A DNA stretch of 64,000 nt from Elsinoe ampelina (lineage: Eukaryota), in NCBI GenBank assembly GCA_010093995.1, contig ML992505.1, positions 1,594,670-1,658,669 of the forward strand, read 5' to 3'. Below are positions 46,198-58,052 of this stretch, piece by piece; the stretch's first letter is position 1; each line of letters opens with the position of its first letter. A program made the translations under genes and the position numbers. Under the pieces are notes generated by a model. That model did not search any database, was not told the origin of the DNA, and saw only the letters and a program-made list of their open reading frames with translations.

Positions 46198-48524
46198 ATG
46201 GCTTCCTGGTTCGGTGGAGGAGCTTCCGTCATGGACGAGCCGGTGGAGCGCGCGACATCTTCGAGCCTGGAGGACATGGCACTCAACCTGGAGATCTCAG
46301 ACATGATCCGATCAAAGACGGTACCGGCGAAGGAAGCTATGAGAGTGTTGAAGAGACGGATAGACCACAAGAATCCCAACGTCCAGCTGGCTGCGTTGAA
46401 CGTATGTTCAAGAGAAACTAGATAGGCGACAGCATGATTCTGATATCTCGCAGCTCACAGATACCTGCGTCAAGAATGGTGGCTCCCACTTCTTCGTAGA
46501 GATCGCGTCGCGAGAGTTTATGGACAACTTGACTTCGTTGCTTAGAAATCACAGCAGTGCTGCCTTGAATGATGAGGTGAGACAGAAGATACTAGAGCTC
46601 ACTCAAGCATGGGCGATTGCAGCAGAACAAAGACCAAACGCTGGATACATTCTGGAGATCTACCGAACGCTGCAGAGAGAGGGTTTCCACTTTCCTCCAC
46701 GTCAAGAGGTGGCAGCCAGCATGTTCGACAGCAATGCGGTGAGTCCAACGGTTTCTCTGTGATGTATCATACTGACAGGTCCAGCCTCCGGAGTGGTCCG
46801 ACTCGGATGTCTGCAGGCGATGTCGAGAGAAGTTCACCTTCACAAATCGCAAGCACCACTGTCGAAACTGCGGCAACGTCTTTTGTGGAACATGTTCGAG
46901 CAAGTCTATTCCTCTTCCACATCTTGGTATTACGACACCAGTAAGAGTCGATGATGGATGTTATGCGAAATTGATGGACAAGTCGACATCGACCCCAACA
47001 CCTTCTTCATTCCAAGCCAAACCAAGGACGTTATACCAGGGCTCGATGCAGCCAAGAGATGCCCGCGTGGGAGGTATGGATGACGGATTTGATGCCGATT
47101 TGAAGAGAGCATTGGAGATGAGCTTGGAAGAAACGAAGGGACAGTCAGGAGCAGGATACGTGCCCCAGTCTTCCCTGCCAAAGTCAAAGAGTGTTACGAA
47201 TGGGACATATAAGCCCGCAAAGGCCGCAGAGGAAGAGGAAGACGCCGATCTCAAGGCGGCAATCGCTGCATCAATACAGGATATGGAGGAGCAAAAGAAG
47301 AAACATGCGGCGACGCTCAAGCAGCAGTCGTCTACTCCGGCAACTGGACCGTCACATTTCACGCCAGTAAAGAACGAATACGAGCTGACACCGGTGGAAG
47401 CAGAGAATATCAACTTGTTTGCGACATTAGTGGACCGACTTCAACATCAACCACCGGGCACGATTCTAAGGGAACCACAAATCCAAGAGCTGTATGAGAG
47501 CATTGGCAAGCTACGGCCAAAGCTCGCGAGAACGTACGGGGAAACGATGAGCAAGCATGGTGAGCTAAGCAATTTTTTCTAGAAAGAATCATGCTGACAG
47601 CTTGCAGATACACTTCTGGATCTTCACTCGAAGCTCTCTACCGTGGTCAGATATTACGACAAGATGCTTGAGGATCGCATGCAACGAACAGCATACAGCA
47701 GTGCAAGGTATGGTGGGTATGCAGCTCAAGTCCCATCTGGGGGTATGTATCCTAGCCTGGGAGGCAGTGTACCTCCTCCAGTCCAGCAGAGCGGTGGTGT
47801 TGAGAGCTACTACACCGGTGGACCAGAGCCCGACTCTTATGCATCGAATGCAAACTACCCTCCATATGCGAGCAACATTCCGAGCCAAGCACCATACCCA
47901 GACACGAATCGGGTACCACAGCAGTATGCGCCAGAACCACAGTACCAACCTCAATATCATCAGCCCCCACCTCAACAACATCAGCAGTATCAAGCCCCGC
48001 CTCAAGATCAGCCATCGCCTCTTCCCTCCCGCCAGTCATCCACACAATACCCAACACAGTCTCAATCACACTACGCGCCATCACATACGTCGTCAGGATC
48101 GCAGCAGGGTGTAGTATCACCACCGACAGATCCCAATGTAGGATACTACTACAACGACCCAGCCCAGCAACCACAAGCCACCTCTGCTCCACAGAGCGCT
48201 CCCAGCCCTGAGATGTACCACCAACAGCCCGTCCAGCAAACACAACAGCAATACCAAAACTACCAACAATCTCCTCAACAACACCACCAACCACCCCCGC
48301 AACAATACCAGCAACCGCCTCAACAACCCCAACTACAGCGCCAAACATCACACACGTACTACCAACAACCACCGCAGCAAGCGGCGGCACAACATCAATA
48401 CCCACCTCAAGCGCAGCAATGGCCCCAAGCCCCGAGCGCAAAGGGCGGATACGGGCAGGAGAGCTTCCCCACCGCGCCGCAGCACGTACCTGCGCCAAAA
48501 GAGGAGAGCTTGATAGAGCTGTAA
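46198..48524 (+). CDS. VPS27: ESCRT-0 subunit Vps27/Hrs (VHS, FYVE, two UIMs); introns 46402-46453, 46739-46784, 47560-47607
   Basis: VHS ([23 protein letters not shown]), FYVE ([23 protein letters not shown]), UIMs [12 protein letters not shown] and [13 protein letters not shown]-terminal clathrin box LIEL. Confidence 0.95.
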
Positions 48525-48700
48525 CGGGTACATGAACTAGGGAACAGAATCGATACCCAGCAGAACAAGTCAGCACTAGCTTTGGAATGGAATCTGGTGA
48601 AGTCGATCGTCTACTGCGTGAAATACATGTACCAAATGCTGGGTATCTGTAACATAACATGCTGATGACCAAAACCATCCGGAAACACCTTGCCCTCACC

Positions 48701-51356
48701 TCATGCTTCTCCCCCACCAGGCCTAACCCTCACATCCCTCACCCTCTTCACCCACCCCTCCAACCTCCCTCCCTTCTCATGCCTCTCCCCGTCCAACCAA
48801 AGCATATCCCTCCACCAAACCCCCCTCTCCACGATCTCCGCCACCGTGAACGCAACCAACGGCCCATCCGTCCATCCACCTGTCCTCTCATCGCGAGCAG
48901 GCGAGCACGTGTCCCTGATCACGCCTCTCCACCGCGCCTCCCCTTGACCGTCGTCATCTCCTCCTTCCGCGTCGTCGTGATGTCTCTCCATCGCCGTGAG
49001 CAGAGCCTCGTCCTGCGCCGAAGTCCATTCCGGTCCTGAGTAGGACAGGGTCGCAAAGTGGCGAGCCACGCTCTCGTCGGACCAAGAGGAGATACCGTCG
49101 CCGGTGCCCCTTTCCGGCTCGAGGGTGGGGTTGCGGGGACGTGGCGTGCGGCGGGGCGTGAGGTCCTGAACGCGTTCGAAGGGGTCGCCGTTGGCGTCGA
49201 GTTCAGGGGTGGGAGGGGGAGGTGTGGAATTGGGAGGTTGGGAGGAGCGAGGGCCGGAGCTGGGGCCAGGGTCGGGTCGAGGGGAGGGGAGAGAGGCGCG
49301 GTAGGCGATGATCCAGGGCTGTTCGCGAGTGGCGACTCGGTCGATCGGGATGTCTTGGAGGAGGTTGACTTTGTTGCGAGGGAGGAAGCGGAGGAAGTTG
49401 GCGGTCTCGGCTTCGCGGCGGTCGACGTGTAGAGCGAGCCAGTGAGCACGCCAGGCGCGGAGGGGTGCTTCGATGGCTTCTCGTTCACGTTGGTAGCGTT
49501 CGGATTCACGGATGCGAGAGGGGTCGGTGGCCATTGCTCTTGCCAGGGCGGCTTCTTCGCGAGCCTCGAGCCGCTTGAGTTCTTTGTTGAATGTCTTGAG
49601 TGGGCCAGGAATGTTGGAATGTAGTCGACCGAGCTTCTGGCGAACTGTGATGGATGCCTTGTGCATACGCTTCAGTGCCTCCACCTTCTCCTTGCACCCG
49701 GAGATTAGAGCGATGACGTCCACAACGATTGCCAGCTGAGATTTCGTAAGCACTGGCGTGTCAGAGAACAGGTTGAGAAGCCGAATGGCGAGTTTGACGA
49801 GCCTCGGAACGATGGCATGAGCAATATTATCAAGGGTTTTTTTGGCAGATGAAAGTGAATCGCGAGGAAGTGGTCGCTGCCTCAAGTACTCGATCGCCCG
49901 TTGATCAATCTCACTTAGGATATCCAAGGTAGGTTGACTGAGTGGCGTGCCTCGGTCGAGTGCTGTGAGCTGAGCAAGGACATCATCAATTGTTGGACAG
50001 AGTGATGCTGCCATCCTCCCTTTAGGATAATCATTCTGTGCAAGTTCTTTTGCGAAATGAAGCGCAGTGTAGAGGTTATTGTGCGTCCCGTACCACCAAT
50101 GTGATCTGCCAGCGGGAATTTGAAAAACGTCGTTGTTTGGGGCAGCACTATTCTCGTCTTCGCTTGAGCCCACTTCGCTTCCGCCCGCTTCACTATCGCT
50201 GTCTTCATCCTGTTGCTGGGGCGGTGATGATGGGGTTCCGGAAGGTCTTCCATTTGTCGCTTGCTTGGGATCAGGGACTCCTGCGTCGCCATCCGCCACG
50301 CTCTCCTCTTCAGATTCGACATCCTTCTCCTCTTCCTGCCCATCCCGCTCGCCGTCTTCTTTTCCTTCTCCGTTCTCGTCCTCTGGAACGTACTCCTCTT
50401 CCTCTCCAGCTCCATTCGCCGGCGGATTCTCTCCCCCGTTGATTGAAGCCGCGTCGGGATTACGCGTTGCATCATCAATGTTGTCATCGTCAGCGTCCGA
50501 TTCATGGCTGGAATCACTGCCATCGCTAGTTTGTGCCCCTCCGGATACAGTTCTGCGGACCAGGGATGGCATTTGTTTCGACTTGCTTTTGTTGGGACCA
50601 GGTAAGGCTTGAGGATTTGCGGCAGCTTCTCGAGATCGTTGAGCCGCTCGTTGCTGAGACGTAGACGGCTCCTCAATAGGCACTGCTGCTGCCCTTGGAC
50701 CCTGCGGCTTTTTTTGGGGTCGGCCTCGTGCCTTCTTCGGCGCCTCTACGTCCGCCGTCTTGGTTGGCGCTTTGGCTCTAAACTTGGATCTGTCAATCGA
50801 TGGTAGTTTGCCACTGGAAAGACGCGATCCACCAGGTAGATCCGACCTGGATGCTTTAGGTGAGAATGCCTCCGTTTTGTCTTTGGAGTATTGACGATGA
50901 GTTTTCTCGATTGCCTGTTTTGCGGCATCTCGATCCGATCTTCGTGGTCGTTGTTGCTCCGTAGCAGCTTTGCTCCTAGTTTGGTGTCCTGCGCCATTGA
51001 GGGTTTGGTTGAAAAGTACATGAGGCTTTCCAGCGCTGCGTGGTTTCTTCAGACGAGATTGACTCTGGGCCTGCTCTTCATTCAATTGCCGTGCTGCTTC
51101 GTGTAAGCTCTTGTTGATCTCGGCTTTTGATGACCCGGCGCCCATGATGTTGAAGCTTTCGCCGGACGAGACTTACATGGACTATCAGGTTCTGAAGTAT
51201 TATCATCCGCTTCCTCTATAGCAAGTATTAGTCGAGTCGCAGGCGCGTTGCAGTCTGGACATCAGTACCTTCCCGTCGCCGCTTCCGATTACCATTCAAA
51301 GACTCGGGTTGAGGGACAACTCCACCGCGGACACGCGGTCTTGCGCGAGTCGCCAT
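48701..51356 (-). CDS. Hypothetical nuclear protein with AT-hook, acidic region and C-terminal Myb/SANT-like segment (main ORF 51145-48701; probable upstream exons 51356-51269, 51215-51177)
   Basis: 814-aa ORF with KKARGRPQKK, a long acidic tract and WTSAQDEALL..RWRGVI. Upstream GTACTG..ACTAAT..TAG intron and a GTAAGT donor. Confidence 0.65.
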
Positions 51357-51587
51357 GTTTGGCAGAGTTAGAACTGTAGAAATATCATAATGGCTCTCAG
51401 GATGTCGCGTCAAGTGCCGGATGTTGTTCGCGAGAGAGATGGCCGAACTCGCGCTATGGCCAAGCCGTCAATGGCATCATGCAGAATGTGGGGAAAGCTC
51501 GAGGTCCCCACCGCGGCAACAGTGTCTGTCGAGACTTTCTGTCAACAATATGTGCCAATAACGACTATTGTCGAAGGTCCACACAGC

Positions 51588-53002
51588 ATGTCTGAAGATG
51601 TGCGCAACAATCGTGGTCTCAGGCGACTGGACCTTGGTGAGCAGATCACACCTGAGGAGCCGAAGAAGCGCATCAATGAAGGAGACGATCTTTCATTCTT
51701 CCTTACGTCCAAGGCCTATGTCGATATCGTCACATTTATTGGACAACTGAACCGGTCAATGTTTCCCTTGGCTCAGAGCGATGGGCGGGTTAGGTCATGG
51801 ACAACTCATTCAACTAACATAACTCTTTCACCCGAGGTTGGAAAGATAAAAGAGCTTGTACGGACCCTCAGCACAATACTTGACGAGACGCCGCCAGAGA
51901 CTGGCCCGCGCAGGTTTGGGAATGCTGCCTTTCGAACATGGTACAGGAAAGTGGAAGAGCGGACTCCGGCACTTTTGCAACAGGCTCTCCCGGACCAGAT
52001 CTGGAAGCACTCACAGGATGAGGCGCAGGAGACGCTGCAGAAAGAGTTGGGCGAATACTTCCTTGGTAGCTTTGGAAGTCCAGAGCGACTGGATTACGGC
52101 ACTGGTCACGAGCTCAGCTTTCTCGCATTCTTAGGCGGCATCTGGAAGCTGAATGGCTTTGCGTCGAGTGAAAATGGAGAGCAAGAGCGCAGCATAGTAT
52201 TTGGCATCATTGAGCCGTAAGACTGGGAGTTTGCGATCGGTGAGGGTCCGCTAATCATCACAGATATCTTGTCCTCATCCGTAAGCTGATCCTGGCGTAC
52301 ACTCTTGAACCGGCTGGCTCTCACGGAGTGTGGGGTTTGGACGATCATTCGTTTGCGCCGTATATCCTTGGATCCGCCCAACTATCCCCCGCGGTATCTC
52401 CTGGTTCATTGCCGCCCATGGAAGGTTCTCTGAAAGGTGCGCCTAGACCTGGCGACGTCGTCAAGGAAACAGCCGTCAGGAGACTGAGCGAAGAGAATCT
52501 ATACTTTTCTGCCATAGCTTTCATCTACGATGTCAAGAAAGGACCTTTCTGGGAACACAGTCCGACTCTGTACGACATCTCCGGGATCAAAGCAGGGTGG
52601 GCAAAGATCAACAAAGGTCTGATGAAGATGTATAATGCCGAAGTACTCTCGAAGTTTCCAGTAGTGCAGCACCTACGCTTTGGGTCTTTATTCCGTTGGG
52701 AGACTGACCCTAGCGCCACGCCCACGGCAACTACTGTACACGCAAGAAGCCAACCGCCAGCTACAGGAACGACAAGATTGCCTACCAATCCAGGGAATCC
52801 GAGCAGTACAATGCCGCCCATACCAACTAGTTCTGGCGCTATAGGAACCGCCGCACCATGGGCAAGAGCTCCGCCTCCAAGTAACGGATCCTTTGCAATG
52901 CCAACTATGCCTGCTGGATCTGGAGGAAACTTAAGAGGTCTTCCGTCACAAGCGTCTCAAGATCGAGTTCCTGCCATGAACGGCAATCGAAGACCAGGAT
53001 GA
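51588..53002 (+). CDS. RRD1: PP2A phosphatase activator (PTPA, Rrd1/Ypa1-type); intron 52217-52263
   Basis: [71 protein letters not shown]. Confidence 0.9.
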
Positions 53003-54253
53003 GAAACCGGGAATCCAAAGATTGCTCAATCCAAATGCCATCCGGCTCGAGCTGTGGCCAGCTCGCAGTCATGACATTCACAGAGCAACATTTTCGCATA
53101 ACAAAATCGCAAGACAAGCGATTCTAGATCTGTGCAGCGTTACGACAATCGTCCGTGCAGCAGACACACTCGCCAAAACGGCGATGATTCAGAATTGAAG
53201 GAACCGGTATGTTCGATCCCGCTGCAATACTGGATACAGCTAAGAGGGAACAGACAGCGGTCGCTTATACACGAACAAGAAGCGATGGCGAATTTGGCAG
53301 GATGTTAAGCGCAGACAGGGATGAATGATTGACGTCGCGGTCGCAATGGGATCGAGGCAATGCGTTGTGTCGCCAGACGAGAGACAACACAACAAGAAAC
53401 CCTGCACCCTCTTCACATTCGTCATGACAGCTGTTCAGATTCGGTTTCCGATTAGCGAAGTCCGGAATTCCTCTGCATCCATTCGCTTTACACTGCCCCA
53501 TACGAGCATATGGCAGGAGCTGATGTGATACTCGGCATGGTCATGCGACAGTAAATACCGAGATGGATTTTGTATTTTGTCCATGTTATTCCCGTGAGGA
53601 AGGTCGTCTTCACCGACATTTGAAATCGAGTGGTCACACCAAATTCCACTGCCACACGGGATATGAAGTTGTGCATATGCAGTTCATGTCATCGGGTGTA
53701 TGGAGAAAGGAGGAGAAGTGGCACGATATTTATAGGCTGCAGCATGATCGACAACGGTGCATGAACCGTCGGTATGGACCGCGGCTAAAGTTGCAGCACA
53801 GATGCACGCCGTCCTTGTTTCAGAAATTAGCATGGCCAGTCTGCTCCCTCTAATTTGTCCGGTTTCTCTTCTACCACCGCGCTGACTGAGCCCTACCTGG
53901 GCAGTACATGTAGCTGCTGCACCCCTGTCTTGTCTTCTTGTATCTCCAGCTCAACCTGTCCGTACACGGCGCAGCAATTCCACTCTCCATATTTAGAAAG
54001 CGCGCCGACGACAGAGCTCCGATCTAGGGAGACGACAATTGATTTAATCGCTCACTCTCCCACGTCCGTCTTCCTTCTCGGCACCTTCACCGGTTCTCGG
54101 AACTGCAAGGACAACGCATCAAGCACGTCGTTGACGACAAGGCTGGCCCTTTACATCACGCGCTGAGCGCCGCAGCAACAGGTCAGGCCACCAGAAGCTC
54201 CAATCAAGCTTGCCCTTGGGGAGATCCATACCGGATATCTCCAATCCGCAATC

Positions 54254-55268
54254 ATGCCAGGCGTTCGTAAGTTTCTTCCCTCCTGTTGGTTGCCGCTCGC
54301 GTGCATCCTACGCCGCATCCTTTCCCTTCTTGTCACTACTCGATAAGGTCGACACTAACAGTCTTTCGCCGATAGCTCCGGATGCGGCAGATCAGGTGAA
54401 GAAGCTCTTCAAGGGTTTGTTCAAGAGGGGCAAGAAGTCAAAAGACGAGGATGCCTCAGGACCATCTGCATCTCAGACCCAGAAACCTACCCCGACTGCT
54501 ACTGAATCAGCTCCGGCTCCGGCACCAGCTACCTCTACCACTGACACCGCGCCGCAAATACCTCAGATCCAGAGCCCGGGTGCTCTAGACTCTGACACAC
54601 CTGCCACGTCAGATAAGCCCGCTGCTACTCCTGCAGAGACCACACCTTCAGCTCCGACAAAGACCGAGGGATCTGAGCCTGCTGCTCCAGCACCTGCTGC
54701 TCCAGCACCTGCTGCTGCCGCTGCCGCTACCACCACTGCCCCTTCGGCTGCTGCCCCATCCGAGGCACCAGCTGAAGCCACCGCAGCTGAGACTACACCT
54801 GCTGCTGCCACTGAGGAGTCCGCTCCTGCTACCACCACTGCTACCAAGGAAGCACAGCCAGAAACGGCCCCGACTTCTACTACCAGCCCCGAAGCGACAT
54901 CAACCGCTCCCGCAGTAGCAGCCACCGAGACCAAGAAGGTCGAAGGTTAGTGCGTCTCCCCGTCTGCAGAGACTCTCCATGGCTAGTCGGCAGTCGACTA
55001 ACACGAACAAGGTCAACAATTTCTTTCCGTAACAATGTCAGACTCGTCGAAGAAGGATAATGGCAGTGGGCTGCAGGAGTCGCGAGACGGGGATGAGAAT
55101 AAGATCGACAGTGCAGGGCCGCGAGAGAATGATAAGAACACAAAGGATGCTGGCAAGACGTTAAGTGCCTCGGATGCAGAGAAAGATTCGGACGCCAAGT
55201 CGAGAGCGAGTCCAGTGCCGGGGATGCAAGCCACGAGTGGGCCACTGCAGGACTACTACCAACACTGA
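54254..55268 (+). CDS. Ala/Thr/Pro/Glu-rich low-complexity hypothetical protein (exons 54254-54266, 54376-54945, 55012-55268)
   Basis: GTAAGT..ACTAAC..TAG and GTTAGT..ACTAAC..AAG introns join the ORFs in phase. Basic amphipathic VKKLFKGLFKRGKK near the N-terminus; C-terminal PGMQATSGPLQDY. Confidence 0.7.
54678..54716 (+). repeat. 15-bp coding tandem repeat CCTGCTGCTCCAGCA x2.6 (PAAPA)
   Basis: Direct reading of the sequence. Confidence 0.9.
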
Positions 55269-55635
55269 GATGCTGCGGTAGGGAAATGAGGATGAACACA
55301 CAGCGATGTGCGATTGAAGAGCAGTTGTAGTGGGCTGCTCGATATCGCACTCGTCAACGGCCGTGATAATGTATACTTACCCAATGACGGCATGGATGGA
55401 CTCTCGACTAGCTACGAGGATGGAATCAGCATTTGAGGTATCATAGCGAATCAAGCTGGTCATGTTTTGTGCCCCATGGGTTCTCAATGTCATTGTGAAG
55501 TGATGTGAAAGTGTCAGATCCCCATGTGTTTTCGAAATTGTGGAGCCCATCTTGGATGAACTGTTCCCACCACCCCCGACATGTCCGCCCTTGGCCACAC
55601 CACCTTGCATTCCTCGTCCGCCCGCCGCCGATTCC

Positions 55636-56851
55636 ATGGCAGATATTGCCCCTCGTCCGGACGAGCCTCACAAACCCCGTCTCGTCATCTACCATCAGAC
55701 TCACCACACCGGTCCTCAAGAATCTCAAAGTCCCGTCTCCATCCTCCCACTGACATCAAACAATACCAGCGTGACCCACATCATCATCGCCGCCGTCCAT
55801 CTCAACGACGGTGATAACTTGACGCTCAACGACGATCCCCCATCGTCTCCCAAGTTTACACAACTATGGGACGAAGTCGCCATTGCCCAAGCCACGGGCA
55901 TCAAAGTCCTCGCCCTCCTCGGCGGTGCAGCAAAGGGTAGTTTCCAACGTCTGTCAGGTGATCAAACCAGTGTACGTCTCCTCCATGCTTCTACCAGCCC
56001 TCTTCCTCTTCCCCCTTCCTTTCCGCCTTTCCTTCCAGCCCCCGGCTCCACCTCCCCATCCTGACCCCCTCAAGTTCAACTTCTACTACTCCCAACTCCA
56101 CACCTTCCTAACCACCCACTCCCTCTCCGGCATCGACCTCGACGTCGAAGAAGAAACCCCCCTCCCCGCCATAATCCGCCTCATCGACCGCCTCCGATCC
56201 GACTTCGGCCCCTCCCCTTCCTTCACCATCACCCTCGCCCCCGTCCTCCCTGCTCTGTTGCCGAACATGCCCCACCTCTCCGGCTTCTCCTACTTTGACC
56301 TCGAGAACCTCCGTCGGGATCGGATTGATTTCTACACCGCCCAGTTGTACTGTGGCTGGGGCGACGCGGGGAGTGCGGAGCATTACCTCTGGGCTATCAG
56401 GAGTGGGTGGGATCCCAGGAGGGTGGTGCTTGGGACGGTGAGTTGTCCGGAGAATGGCAGTGGGTGGGTGGATGTGGGGAGGTTGGGGGAAGTGGTGGGG
56501 GTTTGTAGGAGGGCGACGTGGGGGTGGGGTGGTAGGGGAGGGGAGGCGTTTGGGGGTGTGGCGAGCTGGGAGTATTTCAATGGGTTGCCGGGGGGTGTGG
56601 AGAGACCGTGGGAGTGGGCGGGGAGGATGGGGGCTGTTTTGGGGGAGGTGATAGATGGGGCGGCAGTGGGTTCAGGGTCGCAAGGGCAGGGGCAAGGGCA
56701 GGCACAGATGGAGAGGGCGCAGCATCCTTGGCCGGCGGAGAGTGTGAAGACGTTGGAGGAACTAGGATTTGGGAGGGTGCAGGCTGTGATGGCGCTGAAC
56801 AGGACGGGAGGAAATGTGGAGTATGCTGCTGGACTTCTATTCGACATGTGA
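55636..56851 (+). CDS. GH18 chitinase/endo-beta-N-acetylglucosaminidase-like enzyme with C-terminal UBA domain (exons 55636-55971, 56075-56851)
   Basis: RLVIYHQT, VTHIIIAAVHLN, KVLALLGGAAKGSF, catalytic LSGIDLDVEE, ITLAPV, AQLYCGWG, GGVASWEYFN. Tail SVKTLEELGFGRVQAVMALNRTGGNVEYAAGLLF is UBA-like. No signal peptide. Confidence 0.85.
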
Positions 56852-56960
56852 TCTTGTCGTTCCCTCAGCGCACTGGATCCGCAGTCCGGTAAGTCAATCC
56901 TCTACAGTCTATACTCTATGCTCACGCTGGATGCTTTCTTCCTGTCATACTACATCCGCA

Positions 56961-58052
56961 TCAATACTGATACCCCCCAGGCCTTCCCCTATACCACCCC
57001 TGCCCCGCATAATCCACCTCCGTCCTATCCGGCACCACAACACCATACCTCCCATACCCACCGGACCTATACCCCTCCCTCCTCGGTCTCCACTGCTCCC
57101 TCCCCCTCTCAGCCTCCAACAACCTCAACCTCTCCAGCCTCTCCAGCCTCTCTTCCGTCCTCATCTCCGCCCTCTCCCTCTCCCTCTCCCTCTCCAACCT
57201 CTCAACGCCAGCTCTCTCCCTTTCCCTTTCCCTTTCCCTTTCCCTCTCCCTCTCCCCCTCCCCCTCCCCCTCTCGCCACCTCCCCCCCCCCCCCCCCCTC
57301 CTCCCCCTCCCAAACTCCAGATCCAGATCCCCAAACCCCCTCCCCCACCCTCCCAGCCCCTCCCCCTCATCCTCCACCCTCAGATCCTCCCGCGTCATGA
57401 ACCTCGGCCCGCGGAGCATCCCCGGATAACCAGCGGGAGGGAGGTGCACCTCGACGTTCACATCCTGACTTTGCGCTGCTTGCGCGGAGTGACGGGCGGG
57501 ATTCTTGTTCTTTTTCGGGGATCCGAGGGCGTGGGTCTGGTCGTAGGGGCAGGGGAGGGGGGAGGAGTGAGGAGTCGGGGCGGAGGGGTGGGCGTGCATG
57601 GGCGTGTAGGCCGGGGAGTAGGGAGTGGGGGTTGGCCTGGGGTACGGCTGCGGCGGAGAGGTGTGCTGCGCTCTTTGATACCCTGGAAACGCGTTGGGGT
57701 AGCGCTGTGCGGCGCCTGGAGGGAGGTGGTGGGTTGGGAGGGAGGGGTAGTGCATTTCTGCCGCTTTGGGGTATGAGGGATGGCCTGTCCGGATGAGGTC
57801 GTAGCTGGGGCGGAGGTGGCGGGTTTTTCGACGGCGGATGAGGAAGTACTTTTCCTTGTCCTTTTTCTGTCTGGAGTGGGCGTGGAAGTGGGTGTGCGCG
57901 GAGAGGTCGGTGGAGTTGTGGTAGTGCGTGGTGGTTTGCGGTGCGAGATGGGGCTGGGCGTATTGGTAGACGTAGGGAGGTGAGGGATGATCCGCTGCTG
58001 GAGGGAGATAGTGGTGGTTAGGGGGCTGATAGGAGTAGGGATGGAGTGCCAT
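56961..58052 (-). CDS. Low-complexity Pro/His/Tyr-rich and Arg/Glu-repeat hypothetical protein
   Basis: 363-aa ATG-initiated ORF. It spans homopolymer and hexamer repeats, so the frame is uncertain. Confidence 0.45.
   Translation of the reverse strand: MALHPYSYQPPNHHYLPPAADHPSPPYVYQYAQPHLAPQTTTHYHNSTDLSAHTHFHAHSRQKKDKEKYFLIRRRKTRHLRPSYDLIRTGHPSYPKAAEMHYPSLPTHHLPPGAAQRYPNAFPGYQRAQHTSPPQPYPRPTPTPYSPAYTPMHAHPSAPTPHSSPLPCPYDQTHALGSPKKNKNPARHSAQAAQSQDVNVEVHLPPAGYPGMLRGPRFMTREDLRVEDEGEGLGGWGRGFGDLDLEFGRGRRGGGGGRWREGEGEGERERERERERERERAGVERLERERERERAEMRTEERLERLERLRLLEAERGREQWRPRREGYRSGGYGRYGVVVPDRTEVDYAGQGWYRGRPGGYQY
57170..57310 (+). repeat. Pyrimidine-rich simple repeats (CCCTCT/TTTCCC)n plus a C17 run
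   Basis: Direct reading; encodes (ER)n/(EG)n and poly-Gly on the minus strand. Confidence 0.85.

Noticed and set aside
47752..48717. Long antisense ORFs (e.g. 47752-48717, 49915-50676, 56814-57776, 61559-62497)
   Set aside because: Shadow or alternative-frame ORFs of GC-rich or low-complexity real genes, with no recognisable domains.
45942..53795. Identical 14-mer CGGCTAAAGTTGCA at 45942 and 53782 (contains the XlnR-like GGCTAAA)
   Set aside because: Several chance 14-mer pairs are expected in 64 kb, and the neighbouring genes are not xylanolytic.
14879..56851. ERAD/ubiquitin gene cluster (DNAJC3, OTU1, VPS27, GH18-UBA, F-box genes)
   Set aside because: The genes are dispersed among unrelated ones; such functions are common enough for chance co-occurrence.
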